Source: Camelus ferus (lineage: Eukaryota). From it: a stretch of DNA of 64,000 nt. Position numbers and translations under genes: made by a program. The notes under the pieces are model-generated. The model was not told where the DNA came from, made no database searches, and saw nothing but the letters and a program-made list of their open reading frames with translations. Within the stretch, counting starts at the first letter, position 1, and each line of letters opens with the position of its first letter. Below, in pieces: positions 14,864 to 28,454 of the stretch. Location: NCBI RefSeq assembly GCF_009834535.1, contig NC_045716.1, positions 19,592,001-19,656,000 on the forward strand, written 5' to 3'.

Positions 14864-15802
14864 ATGAACCCCGGGAATTGGAGCCAGGTAACAGAGTTCA
14901 TTATCTTGGGCTTTCCCCATCTTCAGGGTGTTCAGGCTTATCTCTTTCTCTTGCTACTTCTAATCTACCTCACTACTGTCCTGGGGAACCTGCTGATATT
15001 CCTGCTGGTCTGCCTGGACTCCCGACTCCACACACCCATGTACCGCTTCATCAGCATTCTCTCCTTCCTGGAGCTTGGCTACACAGCTGCCACCATCCCC
15101 AAGATGCTGTGGAACTTGCTCAGTGAGAAGAAGACCATTTCTTTCTCTGGATGCCTTCTGCAGATCTATTTCTTTCACTCTCTTGGGGCTACAGAGTGCT
15201 ATCTCCTCACAGCTATGGCTTACGACAGGTACTTAGCCATCTGCCAGCCTCTCCGCTACCCTACTCGCATGACGCCGGCACTCTGTGTCAAGATTGCTAT
15301 TGGCTGTTGGTTAGGAGGCTTGGCTGGACCAGTGGCTGAAATTTCCTTGGTCTCCCGCCTCCCTTTCTGTGGCCCCAATTGCATTCAGCACATCTTTTGT
15401 GATTTCCCTCCTGTGCTGAGCTTAGCTTGTACTGACACCTCTGTCAATGTCCTAGTGGACTTTGTCATCAACTCCTGCAAGATCCTGGCCACCTTTCTGT
15501 TGGTCTTTAGCTCCTATGTGCAGATCATCTGCACAGTGCTCAGAATTCCTTCAGCTGCAGGTAAGAGGAAGGCCGTCTCCACGTGTGCCTCCCACCTCAC
15601 TGTGGTTCTCATCTTCTATGGGAGCATCCTCTTCATGTATGTGCGGCTAAAGAAGAGCTACTCGCTGGACCACGACCGGGCCCTGGCGGTGGTCTACTCA
15701 GTGCTCACACCCTTCCTAAACCCCTTTATCTACAGCTTGCGCAACAAGGATATCAAAGAGGCTGTGAGGAGGCAGTTGAAGAGGACAGGAATCCTGGAGT
15801 GA
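14864..15802 (+). CDS. OR6N1: Olfactory receptor 6N1, 312 aa, intact
   Basis: OR motifs present. N-terminus [21 protein letters not shown] and C-terminus [12 protein letters not shown] match recalled human OR6N1. Adjacent to OR6N2 as in human. CAG acceptor ends at 14846. Confidence 0.95.
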   Translation: MNPGNWSQVTEFIILGFPHLQGVQAYLFLLLLLIYLTTVLGNLLIFLLVCLDSRLHTPMYRFISILSFLELGYTAATIPKMLWNLLSEKKTISFSGCLLQIYFFHSLGATECYLLTAMAYDRYLAICQPLRYPTRMTPALCVKIAIGCWLGGLAGPVAEISLVSRLPFCGPNCIQHIFCDFPPVLSLACTDTSVNVLVDFVINSCKILATFLLVFSSYVQIICTVLRIPSAAGKRKAVSTCASHLTVVLIFYGSILFMYVRLKKSYSLDHDRALAVVYSVLTPFLNPFIYSLRNKDIKEAVRRQLKRTGILE

Positions 15803-17033
15803 AGGGGGAGGAGGCAGGCCAAGTGCGCGGCTGAGGATACGGTGACCTTGGGGATCTTCAGTAGCCACTGCTGAAGTGTCAAGCATTCAGGGCTTTTCTA
15901 CACTGGATACTGAACTGGGGCAAATGCTACCTAGTTTTCAGTGTTAATGCAACCATTATACTATCTGCTGCAGCCACGTGCAACTTGAAACCGGAGACAG
16001 GAAAAGCACACTTTCTCTCCAGCAATACGATGCAGTGCAGCGATTTTCAAATCTCGGACGTTTGTATATCATATTTAGAATTTTGGTCAAAGCTATGTCT
16101 TACCTACAATATATAATTTTTTCAAATTTACTCAGTTTAATACAAATACATTTATTCATGTTGCAAATAATAATACTTGCTAAATAAATTTTACAACCAA
16201 AAATGAATGTTTTTTCATGTACCGTTTACAATCATTTCATGTAGACTGATCATTTATGTATTAAAATGGAGAACTCGGATAAAATAGAGAAAAGCATGCT
16301 TTTGACATCATGTAGATCTGGGTTTAAATCCTAGTTCACTTAGTCACTTGTGAATTACATGATCTCTGTGAAGCGTTTGGACTTTCTTAATTGATCAATC
16401 AATTTCATCATGTGTTAAAAATATATTCTCAAAGGTTGTTTTGAGAATTAGTGATGACATGTGTGAACCACAGTACAAAGAGTTTGGCAAATCATTGATA
16501 GTAAAAAAAAGGGTTACATTGATTTTTATTTCTTTTACTTTGCCTAGAACTCTCATCATTACTCTGAGCATTAGAACAATATCCAGGAAAATATAATTAA
16601 GCAAAAACACTCCCCAGATAATTTTCTAAAGAGAAAGAAGTAAACTGACTAGAGGGAGTACTTGTGAGATGCGTTGGTCTTCATATCTTAGTGGTCTTAA
16701 AATCTATTCCCAGTATAAAGTGTGAAGGGCAGAGGGCGAGTCAATGGCAGAAAATAGGATTACTTTTTATGTTGGACTACTTCTTTATTTCACTTTAAGC
16801 TAATTATTTCCTTAAATATATAAAAAATAAGTGAAAATAATGCTATAGTTTAGCATATGAGAAATGTGAGGGTTTAATTATTAGTTGGTGTTAGAGATTA
16901 TTAATGCATCTAAATATCTACTGTTAATAGATGATCAAGTGTTGATTATAAAGAAACTTTTAATTCTATACAGAATTACATAGATCTACATAATAAGATC
17001 CCACAGAAGTTGTATTTCTGCCATCTAATAGAT

Positions 17034-17064
17034 ATCCATCCATCCATCCATCCATCTATCCATT
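17034..17064. repeat. (TCCA)n tetranucleotide repeat
   Basis: tccatccatccatccatccatctatccatt. Confidence 0.85.
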
Positions 17065-17829
17065 CAGTCAGTTCAGCACATGTTTATTTAGGTCTTACTG
17101 TATATCAGATGCTGTGCTAAGCCCTACATAAAATGGTGAGCCAGACAGATACTAGAAACAAATTTTAAAATATTAAAAAAAATATATATATAAATAAAAA
17201 AAGAAAAAAAATTTTAAAGAAAAAAACCAGATACTCTCCTATTTTTTTAAGTTCCTGTGCTTAGGATGTTTTAAAAGAGTTGAGAATTATAGACATTAAA
17301 ATTGCTATTAATTTATAATTAATTATAATTAATAATTTAAAATGTGGCAACTAGTAGGAAAATACACATAGACTCTCTACTCGAGTAAGTTATATTTAAA
17401 CTGAAAACTACAGGATAAATCATAACTGGCCATTTTTATGAAAACAATAATTGCAATAATGAGATTTATTTTACAAAATTGGAAATTTAGACCTAGATAG
17501 ATAAAACACTTGCCAAAGATGTAGAGCGAGTCAGAATCAGGGAATCTGCATATGAAAACAAAGTTTTCAGCCTTCCAGGATATGTCCCTGTAGTCTTCAA
17601 AAGGTCCAAGGAAGTAAGGGAAAAGGAGAAAGAGATGAAAGTAACAGTAAAAAGCATGATAACTAGGCTATGGGTCTGGAAACAAACAGGCAATGGCAGC
17701 CAGGAGGTTGGCTCCTGAGGACTTGCAGAGACAGGTGTGAAAAGTGAGTCCCACCTTCAAGAAAGTGAAAGGACAACCCACAGAAGAGGAAAAAAAAAAT
17801 TGCAAATCATTTATCTGATAAGGAACATA

Positions 17830-18140
17830 TATCCAGAGAAAAATAAAATTCAAAAAGACACATGCACCACAATAGCAGCACTATTTATGATAGTCAAGAC
17901 TTGGAAACAACCCAAATGTCCATCAACAGATGGCTGGATAAAGAAGATGTGGTACATATATACAATGGAACACTACTCAGACAATAAAAAAGAATAAAAT
18001 AATGCCATTTGCAGCAATATGGATGGACCTGAAGATTGTCATTCTAAGTGAAGTGGGCCAGAAAGAGAAAGAAAAATGCCATACTGACATCACTTATATG
18101 AGGAATCTAAAAATAATAATAATAATAAGAACAAAAATGA
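17830..18140 (+). mobile_element. L1 3' fragment (ORF2 C-terminus and 3'UTR)
   Basis: Translates KDTCT..IAALF.IVKTWKQPKCPSTDGWIKKMWYIYTMEHY; gaagattgtcattctaagtgaag 3'UTR motif. Confidence 0.85.
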
Positions 18141-18789
18141 ACTACTTATCATTTATAACTAAGATTGATTTCTTGAATATGTATAAGCACATCTGTCCTT
18201 TATGACTTGGATCACCACATTCTGTTGATTCTTATTTTGTAGTTGGCTTTATTCCTTTGATAACTATGTAAGTTTAAAAAGCCAAAGATCTAATCTGTTC
18301 TTAGAAATAATAATTAGTACATATATGAAAACTAAAAAAAGTATACTGTATATGTGTATTTACATGCAATATAGTGTGTATGTGCAGTCGGACTGTAATA
18401 ATTCTACCTAATAAAACTGAAAAAGGAGGAAAAAAATTAAAAAATTAAAAAAATAAAAAGAAAGTACCAAGCATTTTAACTTTAAAGAAATACAAATCAC
18501 TTTTCCAAGTTTTCAAAAGAACATTATTTTGTGTTCTGTAACCTATCACATCTCAAGAGTTTAATTATAAGCACAATCACCACTAATTGAAAAAAAAAAG
18601 AATTTTAACATAAATTTGGCATTCTAGCAGGTCAATTATCTTACATAATGCAAATACATAAAATACTAAACATATATGAATTGCTTAGTGCAAAATATAA
18701 ATAATAAATTTTGATTCTATTAAACATTTCTATAGTTAGCTGTAAAACATTGCTGAATTTAAAAGGCACTAGCCCCCTACTTATATGAC

Positions 18790-19490
18790 CTATCTCTTTA
18801 TTCATGTAGCACCTGTAAGGGTACTATGCCAGGCACTATTTCAGTTGCCTGTGATACAACTGAAAGAAATTCCCTGCCCTTATGTAGTTTACACCGTGAT
18901 AAGGGGAGATATTAAAAATACACACTAAAATAAGAAAAAAATAACAAATTATATGAAATTGTGTTCTGTTTAAAATAGAAAAAATATCTTTGCAGGATAA
19001 GAGGGTCTGGTGTGAGTAGGGAGATCATAATTTTAAATAAATGGTCATAAATGGACCTCATTAGAAGGTCACATTTGAACAAAGACTTGAAGAAAATGGA
19101 GGAGTTAGTCAAGTGGATATATGGAGAGAGAATAACGAATAATCCAGGCAGCAGTAAAAGCTAGTGAAAATGTGACTCAGAAGGAGTGATGGATGAGTCC
19201 TGAAAGCCACATGAATAAAATACATCAAGGAAGAAGAAGTGATCGACTTTGTCAAATCCTGCAAGTAGTCAAGTAAGATAAGGACTGAAAATTGACTTTG
19301 GATTTAGACACTTGGAGGTCATTGTTAAATGTAGTAAGAGAAGTATGCAAGAACTAGTGGAAGTAAGAGCTTGACTTGAGTAGTTGAATAGAGAAGAATC
19401 AAAGAAAAATAAGAAGTTTCAGGTACAGACAACTCTTTCATGGAGTTTTATTACCAATGAAAGCAGAGAAATGAGGTAATAAGAAGCAAG
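18790..19490 (-). mobile_element. L2 LINE fragment (antisense)
   Basis: tactatgccaggcactatt...ccctgcccttatgtagtttaca followed by purine-rich L2 body. Confidence 0.55.
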
Positions 19491-20419
19491 TGGGAACATA
19501 CCTTTTGTTAACTGTGATTCACAATGTATTTTAAATCATAATATAGGACACATATATACATAAATTTACATATTCATAACCATATTTATAACTAAAATGA
19601 TATTTTTATAAAACAATGTTTATACTTGGTCCATTGGTGCTTCTTTTTTCTTTTTTTCCCCCTCTATTCTGTTTTGTTAAAAATGTTCTTGACTGATTTC
19701 ACCGCTTCCTAATCGTTTGGCCCTCATTTGAAAAACAAAGTGAATTTAGGTCTTTAACTCTGATTACCTTTGGATCCACATTTAATAGGTGGTTTCTATT
19801 TTAACTCATATTAATCTATAGTTTTCCAATTTGTTTATAATAAAATGTTATTAAAAACCAAGTTTTACTTTTAAAAATGATGACAATTTAAATGTGATGA
19901 AGAAAATAAATATATACTCTCAGGGTACTGACAGGATGTCAAAATGGTATATAATCTTTTCTAGGGCAATTTAGCAATATGCATCAAAATAATTAATAAG
20001 CATAGATATCTATTTAGAAGGAGGGGCAGAGAAAGCTTCTTTGATCAAGTAGCATTTAAGCTGACACTTGAAGACTGAGAAGGAATAAGCCAGGAAATTA
20101 TATAAGATAAATCAATTGTGCAAACATCTTGAAGTTAGAAAACCTGGGTTCCTAGGAAACCCATTATAGGAACAAAATGCATTTGTGCAGGCAGAACACA
20201 GTAAGAGTCCTGGAGATGAAGGCTAGAGGCAAAATATGCAGAAACTTACAGGCTGTGTTATGAGCTATTGGAATTTAATCCAATTGCCAAATGAAGACAC
20301 TGAAAAGATTGAAGTAAGATATCACATTCGTAGAATAACATCCCTATTGTTGTATGAATACAGACTGGACGGGAGCAAATGTGGAAAAGATGACTTGAGA
20401 CACTTCTGCTACAAAACAG

Positions 20420-20800
20420 ACTGCTCCCAAAATTACAGCTTAAAACAGAAGCTATCTGTTTATCTCATAAATTTGCAGATGAATTTTGGCTGGAATCAGA
20501 TAGGTGAATCTTCAAGTCCTGGTTCACTCAAGCATCCAGGGTCAGCACCTCTTTGGCTAGAGCTGGCTGGATTCAGACCATCACCACTAAGACAGTTGCA
20601 CTCTCGCCCATACTTTTCATCGCAGAAGACTAGCTAGTCTCTGTTGTTCACGTAATGGCTGATTGGAGTGTTGACATAGAGCCTAAGTGCACGGGTTTCT
20701 TGAGATGAGGCTCAGAACTGACACACAATGTTTTTTTCTTGCAATCTATAGCCAAATCACGTCATGAGGGGGACTCAGAGGAGGGAAAGATCTGCCACAT
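20420..20800. mobile_element. MaLR (MLT1-type) LTR
   Basis: gaggctcagaactgacacac...tatagccaaatcacgtca pattern typical of MLT1; recognised from memory. Confidence 0.45.
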
Positions 20801-22239
20801 TACCTTGCAAAGGGCACGGATACTGGGAACAGCTAAGATCGTGCCATTTTCTTTGCCATATAGAGATTATTGGTATCCCCACATTATGCTAAAATCTTCA
20901 TTGGAACTACTGGAACGAATTCTGTATGTGTGGGCTCAGATTGCGGGGCAGTGGTCTATAGTTAGAGCTTGTGGTAAAGGAGTGTCTTCAGCAAAGTAAA
21001 CACATTTATCATAGCATGGTGTCTCACAGCCAACAGTGTCATCATGATGGGTATTGTTATCTTTCTCAGGGAAACTCAGCAAGCCTTGAAAAGTGCCGTC
21101 ATCCTTGCAGAGGGTAGTGAAGTTCAAAAAAAATCCCTAATCCTATCAAAAACAATTCTTCATAAGAATGTGTATTCATACATACTGATTCTGGGCAAAT
21201 CTATCAAAAGAGGCCCATATTTTAGGAAGATTCTTGGAGTTCCTAACACAAAGGAGAACTAATGAGAAAAGATCAGAGGAGGAGGTTTCCACTAATTAAC
21301 CCACGGGGAGATAGAATTCCTCCCGTCATCAGGGGAAATCCTCCACTAGAGAAATCTTCCCAAGAAGGCTTTAGAAACAGGTATAACAGTTTTTCCTGAG
21401 ATATTGAAAGGACTTGAACTGCATAAATGCTGGAAGGGGAATGGATCTCCCTGTCTCTGCCAGAGGTAAGAGGAGAATGCACATGGGTCCCAGATGCAGG
21501 TTTGTCCGAGGTCAAGAAGAAAGTAAATGGAAGGATAGGACACATCTCCTTCTGTTGACTTAAACACCAATATTTGGGGGTATATTTGAGACTGCATGAA
21601 TGGCTAAATGGAATTCAGCTCAGAGGGGAAGAGATATGCCTACAGGATTAAAAATCAGTGATAATGTTGTTTCACCTGAGGCATGATGGATTGAATAATA
21701 AAGAAGTTTTCCCTAGTGATGATAATGTTCCTCTGTTTTTACACCTTCAGTTTCTAAATTAATTTTGACCCAGGAGGACATCATTTTACACACTGGTCTC
21801 TGTTTCCAGTCAAATAAATATAAATCAAATGACAATTTGAGTAAAGAGAGGTTGAGGATGTCAGGAGCCTATTACCAAAAGTCAAATCCCAGTGTACTGG
21901 CTCAAGTTGAACAGTCCATACCCTCAGATCAGTTTTTTATGCACATCTTCCTTTCACCAGTGGGACTGGGTCAGTTCACTTCTCTTCTCCCAGTCTCCAA
22001 CGGATAAACTTCCTATTACATTCTCTAGAATATAACACTGATTGTACTAAAACACAAGCACCTAGACTTTACTAAAAGGATTAACCCCAGTCACTTAGGG
22101 GAAAAGAGGTGCTGGAAGCACAGAAAGCCCACAGCCATGACTGATTTAGAGGTCCAAAATGTCTCAGTTCTAAGGAATTCGTAGTAGCCATCTCTACACT
22201 GATGTGTAAATGAAGATAGTATAAATCTTCCTTGCCCTT

Positions 22240-22388
22240 TTTCTGTTTTTAAAAAGTTTTACTTATGTTTTTAATTTTCGGGGGTTAATTAGATTTGTTT
22301 ATTTATTTTTAGAGGAGGTACTGGGGATTGAACCCAGGACCTCATGCATGCTAAGCATGCACCTTACCACTTGAGCTATTCCCTCCCC
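22240..22388 (-). mobile_element. tRNA-derived SINE, camelid Vic-1 type
   Basis: Minus strand reads GGGGAGGGAATAGCTCAAGTGGTAAGG...GCTTAGCATGCATGAGGTCCTGGGTTCAATCCCCAGTACCTCC, with A and B boxes and an A-rich tail. Imperfect flanking repeat (c)ctgcccttt. Confidence 0.85.
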
Positions 22389-25300
22389 TCCTGCCCTTTC
22401 TCACGTGTCAGAGGAGTGGATTAAAGCAACAATTGAAACAAATGAAAGTGACAGTGAAGCTTGGAACCATTTACGGTGGTCCTGTGACTAGAGACAGTGT
22501 GGCTCCCCATGCCGCCCTCACCATTTCATATCTCCCATGAAACTGAGCACCAATCAAAGTTGGCTGGATCAGCACAGACATGGAGGTCATTTCACTGTTG
22601 AAGGATCTCTGAACAAAAGGCTCCAATGTTTCATGGACCCTGAAATAGAGGGAAGGACAAGGAGTGGACTAAGTCAGGGTGGGGAAAATTGTCTTCAAGG
22701 TTTTTCCTTCTCCTCCCATAAGGAGGCCTGAGGAGGACCTTGGACCAAGGCTTCGGCTAAACAGACCTAGGAATGAAGATGCTGGGGTGAATGTAAACGT
22801 GCAAAGAGCACGACTGGCCAGGGGAGCCTGAGTCTTTGCAAATCCTAACAGAGACTGTGATGTACTTACTGGCTGTGCACCAAATCTGGAGTAGAGAGGA
22901 CAGCTTTTCCCTGGGAGGCCGGCCTGGGAAAGACCTTGTAATTGCCTATGATCAGACCTGAAAAATCACACAGGTTTTTCACCAGGGGCCAGATTCCTCA
23001 GGGTGTATGTATTTTTGAGGTGGAGGGTAGGGTAAGAGGGATCTTTTACTCCCTTGTTATTTTATTCTTTCTTATGCATCAAACTCTTAAATCCACTTCT
23101 TTTATTCGAAACTACTACATAACCAAAATCTCTTCCCTTTTTCTTTCAGTCAAGTGTCAACCATAATTCTTTCCTTTCTGATTCTTTCTCTTTGGATGTT
23201 GGGCCAGTCTAATGGTTCTGTGAATTTGATGTCAATCCTATTTCTCACCTTCTTTCTTGGTTTTTTCCAAGCCCTTCTATTCACCTCTTCTAAGCTTTGC
23301 AGGGTCCAGAAGATCAAGAAGGGTAAGTCTATTTCATTGGACTTCTGCAGGCTTGCACGACTCTCCTTTTCTACTTGGTGTTGGATTTTGGAAGGGTGAT
23401 GAGTCAACGTTATGTTGATAGTCTTCCTAAGATGTGGGTCACTACAACATTTTATTTACCTGGAGCTGAGGTTCTATTAGGCACAAAGTACTTTCTCTTA
23501 GATGTTGTACTTGGAAGTTTGAGCAAAGACTTGTTAATTAAGCTACCAATGAGAAACACCCTCTATCCTGGGAAGTTACCATCCCAACCAAGATGGAAAT
23601 ATCTTTAAACTGGATTTCCAGGTGGCATTTGGACATCTTTTTCAGTCCTAACATATTTGGCCATTTTCTAACATAATAGCTTTTGTCATTTGTCATCCCA
23701 ATATAGCTCTGTTCTTATTAATCCCAACTAATATTATTCCTGCCTATTTTTTTCCTAGGGATCTCCAACAACATTTTTCCTTTGGCAAATAACCTTCTCT
23801 GTGTCTATAATGATTCTTTATTTCCTTCCTTAGTTGAAATCAATCTCTCTTCCTAAAAAAAAAAAAACTTGTTTAGAGGAAAGTTGCCTCTTCTTCCACT
23901 TCCCATGTGCCTCTGGGCTGAGAAAAGGTCCAGGGATCATGTTTTATTAGTATTCTCTTTTTCTTTATATTTCTGTAACCTAAAAAATATTTCTTTGTTA
24001 TCTTGTTTGATACCTTCAACTCTAATTGGCTCATCCAAAGACATTATAGTCTATAGGAATGACTCATCTAACAACTTTTCTTATAAACTTCTACAAAATG
24101 ACCTTGAATTCATATCACCAATTTTCTACCATATTTAGACTTTACAAATATAGTAAGTATTCCATTTTAAATATTTTAAACTCTAATATATTGCTTTCTA
24201 AGAATGTGGTATTTCCTTTCAGCTCATTAATTAGGTTATTTCTGTTACAATTCTCTAGTCTCATTGAAATTTGACCTCTATTTTATTTAGCACAATGGTC
24301 TTCACATTCTTATCCGTCAATCTTAAACCCCCAAATCCATACATCTAAACATCTTATCCCATTATCTTTGATTTTCTTTACTCTTTTGGACAAAAATCTT
24401 CCTTGCCCTATCAAATGCCTTTTGGATGCCACTGTTTAACATTTTAGACACTACAACTAGACTCTTGAATGCTGCTGAAGGGAAAGACAAAGGCATGATC
24501 TCCAGCGTCAGGAAGGTCATGGGTATATCATGGAAATCATTGAATATATTAATTTGCTCATTTTTCTCTTGAGGCATTTCAGCCATTTCCCCTAAGTCTT
24601 TAATTTTTTAGATTCTTATTCTCAAAATTACCTCCTCTGTAATTCAATTGAGAAACTTGAATAGGGAGACTTAGATATTAATTAAGAATCTCTGCTTCTT
24701 TTCAATATTTTGAATGGATTGATACTTTAGGAGCCTGGCTGAAAAAATTTTGAGAGCCAAATTCCAAAGAAAGAACTCATAGTTCATCTACTGAGCCTTC
24801 TTCAAGCTTCCAAAATCTTCTACTGTTCAGTTTCTCACAAGTCCTGTCTTTCTGTGATGGCCAATTTCTGCTAGTTTTATCTTTTCTGCTTCTGGGACTA
24901 CAGTTTCCTACCAAGGCTTCATGTTGTTACGTATCCCTGAAAACCTTATCCTCTTTAACCACACTCAAAGCAGCTCTGTGGTCTGATAAAGGAGCAGAAT
25001 TTTAGAAACTGGGGATGTTCCAGAAAATGCAAAATATAAATTTACAATAATTATACATATGAAGCAAAGAATCAAAATTTTGATTGTCTAATCTATAGCC
25101 AAGAATCATTGGAGAATTTATCTGGCATGTGATTAAAAAATGACTTGGGGAATTCTTACAAAATTTGGTTATTATTAGTACCCATAAAATCCTACTTTGT
25201 TTTAGTTAATATAAATTATAAACCCAACATTATTAATATCTTATTTGCTTATTACTTGTCTCCTTCATTAGAATATAAGCTTCATGAAACTATTTTCTTC

Positions 25301-25514
25301 ACTACTGAGTTCAACAAACCTATAGTTGTGCTTAGAACATAGTAGGTTTTAAATGAATGTTTGTTTAATGAATCCAAGAATGATAGACTTAAATTATCTA
25401 CTTAAAGCATTTCTTTCTTTGATTCTTATATGAGCCAATAGATCTGATTCTTCACATTTCATCGAGGGAGTGATCTGTGTCTTTCTACCCATAACAATTA
25501 AGGCTGCTGAGATC

Positions 25515-26465
25515 ATGGTGAGAAGTAACCAGTCTTCTACAGTGACAGAGTTTCTCTTCTCTGGATTTCCCCAGTTTGAAGATGGTAGCCTCCTCTTCTT
25601 TATTCCTTTGTTCTTCATCTACGTGTTCATTGTTGTTGGGAATCTCATTGTATTTTTTGCAGTCAGGATGGATGCTCGTCTTCACAACCCCATGTATAAC
25701 TTCATTAGCATTTTCTCATTTCTGGAGATCTGGTACACCACAGCCACCATTCCCAAAATGCTCTCCAATCTCATCAGTAAGAAGAGGACCATCTCCATAA
25801 TTGGTTGCCTCTTGCAGATGTACTTCTTCCACTCACTGGGAAATTCCGAGGGGATTTTGTTGACCACCATGGCCATTGACAGGTATGTTGCCATCTGTAA
25901 CCCTCTCCGCTACCCGACCATTATGACCCCCCGGCTGTGTGCTCAGATCNNNNNNNNNNNNNNNNNNNNNNNNNNNNNNNNNNNNNNNNNNNNNNNNNNN
26001 NNNNNNNNNNNNNNNNNNNNNNNNNNNNNNNNNNNNNNNNNNNNNNNNNNNNNNNNNNNNNNNNNNNNNNNNNNNNNNNNNNNNNNNNNNNNNNNNNTGA
26101 TTCTGATTGAGGACGTGATCCATGCTGTTGCCATCCTCTTCTCTGTCCTGGTTATTGCCTTGTCGTATATCAGAATCATCACTGTGATCCTGAGGATTCC
26201 CTCTGCTGAAGGCCGCCGGAAGGCCTTTTCTACCTGTGCATCTCATCTCAGTGTCTTTCTGATGTTCTATGGTAGCGTAGCCCTTATGTACCTGCGTTTC
26301 TCTGCCACTTTCCCACCGATTTTGGACACAGTCATTGCCCTGATGTTTGCAGTTCTTGCTCCCTTTTTCAACCCTATTATCTATAGCTTGAGAAATAAGG
26401 ATATGAAGATTGCAATTAAGAAGCTTCTCTGTCTTCAGAAGGTGTTTAATGCATCTGCAAGTTAA
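25515..26465 (+). CDS. Olfactory receptor family 6K (OR6K3-like), 316 aa, middle 148 nt unresolved (N)
   Basis: ATG at 25515 (MVRSNQSSTVTEF). Motifs [38 protein letters not shown]. The N-run 25950-26097 keeps the frame and matches the 50 codons of the paralog at 35380. Confidence 0.88.
   Translation: MVRSNQSSTVTEFLFSGFPQFEDGSLLFFIPLFFIYVFIVVGNLIVFFAVRMDARLHNPMYNFISIFSFLEIWYTTATIPKMLSNLISKKRTISIIGCLLQMYFFHSLGNSEGILLTTMAIDRYVAICNPLRYPTIMTPRLCAQIXXXXXXXXXXXXXXXXXXXXXXXXXXXXXXXXXXXXXXXXXXXXXXXXXXILIEDVIHAVAILFSVLVIALSYIRIITVILRIPSAEGRRKAFSTCASHLSVFLMFYGSVALMYLRFSATFPPILDTVIALMFAVLAPFFNPIIYSLRNKDMKIAIKKLLCLQKVFNASAS
25950..26097. other. Unresolved bases (148 N) inside an OR CDS
   Basis: Seen directly. 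Confidence 0.99.
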
Positions 26466-26814
26466 TGTTAGTTCATAGGCACCTCTCACTCTGGATGTTA
26501 CTCTAACATACTAGACCATAAAATTAACTTACAACTCATTTATTATCACACTGATGTTTTCTGTTTACTTATTCCTGTTCTTGTCACCATGTACATGTTT
26601 ATTCCTTTTTTCATATTCAATTAAGATATCAATAGCTACCTGATTAGACTTGTAAGATGGATAAATAATAGAAAGGAAATAGGATGTTTAAGCCATCAAA
26701 ATATATTTGAGCATTAATTTTTATTGTTTTTGTTTTATTGAACATTAACTTTATTGTTAAGTATAAGCTTTAAAAGTATCATTGTATAAGCATTAGTAAC
26801 AACCGAAGATTGCA

Positions 26815-27085
26815 AAATATAGTGGTTAAAAGCATAAGATCTATAGAAGAGGCTGAGGTTCATGTTTCACTGGTTCCACATATTAGCTTTGTGACCTTGA
26901 ACAAGTTATGAAGTAATTGCTCTGCATCTTAGTTTCATCATCTGTGAAATGGATGTAAAAGTAATAGATATTAAAAGTAGAACTTCATATAGTTATTATA
27001 AAAATTGAGTTACTCCACACAAGTATTTAGAATATTGCATAACATTAGCAACTGCAAACATAAGTGTCAGCTATTATTATTTGCA
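26815..27085 (+). mobile_element. MIR SINE
   Basis: agtggttaaaagcat...tgtgaccttgaacaagtta...agtttcatcatctgtgaaatgga...gtcagctattattatt. Confidence 0.7.
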
Positions 27086-28007
27086 AATAATTACTAGCAT
27101 TTGTTATGGATGCTTTAAAGAATGCTATAGTCAAGAGTGATCTATTAAAAAAAATTCCATTTGACTGACTTAGACTATTTGGTTGAAAGTAATTTGAAAC
27201 ATACTCTGCAGTGATGGGTAAATAGATGACAGAGAATGACAGATGGCCATAGATAAAGATGTAGACGTTTTTGAGCTACTTCTCTTGCTTTCGTTTTTGT
27301 TCCCTTTGAAATGTGTTCTGTGCATTATTCCCACCAGAAATTACCTTTCTAAATGAAAGTTTATTTCTGTCTTAATATGGCAGTTTTAAATTTTCCTTAT
27401 TTTCATGTTTAAATTTTCTTTCACCAAAAATTCTATAGAACTAAACAAAGTTGAGACTAGGTAAATTGTTAGATGCCCTAAGCACTGAAAAATATGAAGA
27501 ATATAATAATAAAGATTATGTGTATACAGTTGCCAAGACATTCATGATGGTTATTTTAATACCTTGAAATACCGTATATCACATTCCTTTCAAAAAATAA
27601 GGAATAATGTGTTTTATTGGCTAAAGTATCTAAAGCACCAGTTGAGCCTGTCTGTTGGGTAGTCCAGAAATTATCAGAGATGTACATTCAAAAACTAGCA
27701 GCAATATCAGGACATACAAAAGGCAAAATAGAATAAAACCAAAATATTATAAGTACTGGAAATAAGAGTGCTCTCAATTGATCCCCAGACTTGACTATTT
27801 CCTCATATGCATGCATATGAAATCCAGCTGAAGACAATACATATCTGCCAGACACTGGACAAGGAAACAGAATAAAATAACCTAAGGATTAAATGGATGT
27901 AATGCTACGTATAAGCTTTGGAAAAATAGTCATAGTTTAGAAAAGCAGATGCTGAGAAACCACAATCCACTTGGGAACTCTGGATGGAGGAAATAAATCA
28001 GTGGAAT

Positions 28008-28454
28008 TGTGAAGGAGAAGCTGGGCTGGGCTAACAAGCTAACTCACAAATCTAAGTGTAACAAGTGTTGGATTGCTGATCTGAGTTCTGCTGGGCTAAC
28101 TCGTAAATCTAAGTTAATTAGTGTTGGTTTGCTGATTCCCTGTTCATGTTTTTTTTTTTTTGCTAACCAGTTGGATTTTCAAAGAGACATATCTGGCCTT
28201 GAAATGTTGGTTTGCTGCCTCCCTGCCTCTACTTTTGTGATAATGATGCTGCTAAAGCTGTTCCATGCCTATTGGCTGAATACCCCAAGCTTGTAATTAA
28301 CCCTATAAAACCTCATGCACACGTCTTGGAGGTGCTCAGAGCTTCGGAGCAGAAGCCCCTCTGAGCCCGCCGGCCAGCGTAATAAATCTGAGCACTCCAA
28401 CCCTCTGAGTGGTGCTTGTTTCTTGTCCTGTTCTGGCCTGTCATTTCCGTAACA
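28008..28454 (+). mobile_element. Solo LTR, probably ERV1 class
   Basis: TG...CA termini and a 4-bp TSD GAAT (28004-07 and 28455-58). Contains a ~50-bp U3 direct repeat, a TATAAAA box near 28305 and AATAAA near 28381. Confidence 0.8.

Noticed and set aside
20236-20637. 133-aa plus-strand ORF
   Set aside because: Overlaps decayed repeat sequence (L2-like and MaLR) and has no protein motif.
22310-22388. tRNA gene (A and B boxes), also at 49580-49661
   Set aside because: These are SINE heads followed by SINE body, tail and target-site duplication.
25515-26465. The 25515 OR as a pseudogene
   Set aside because: The only defect is an N-run that preserves frame and length; there are no stops in the called bases.
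25833-26489. 218-aa minus-strand ORF
   Set aside because: Antisense shadow of the OR CDS, extended through Ns.
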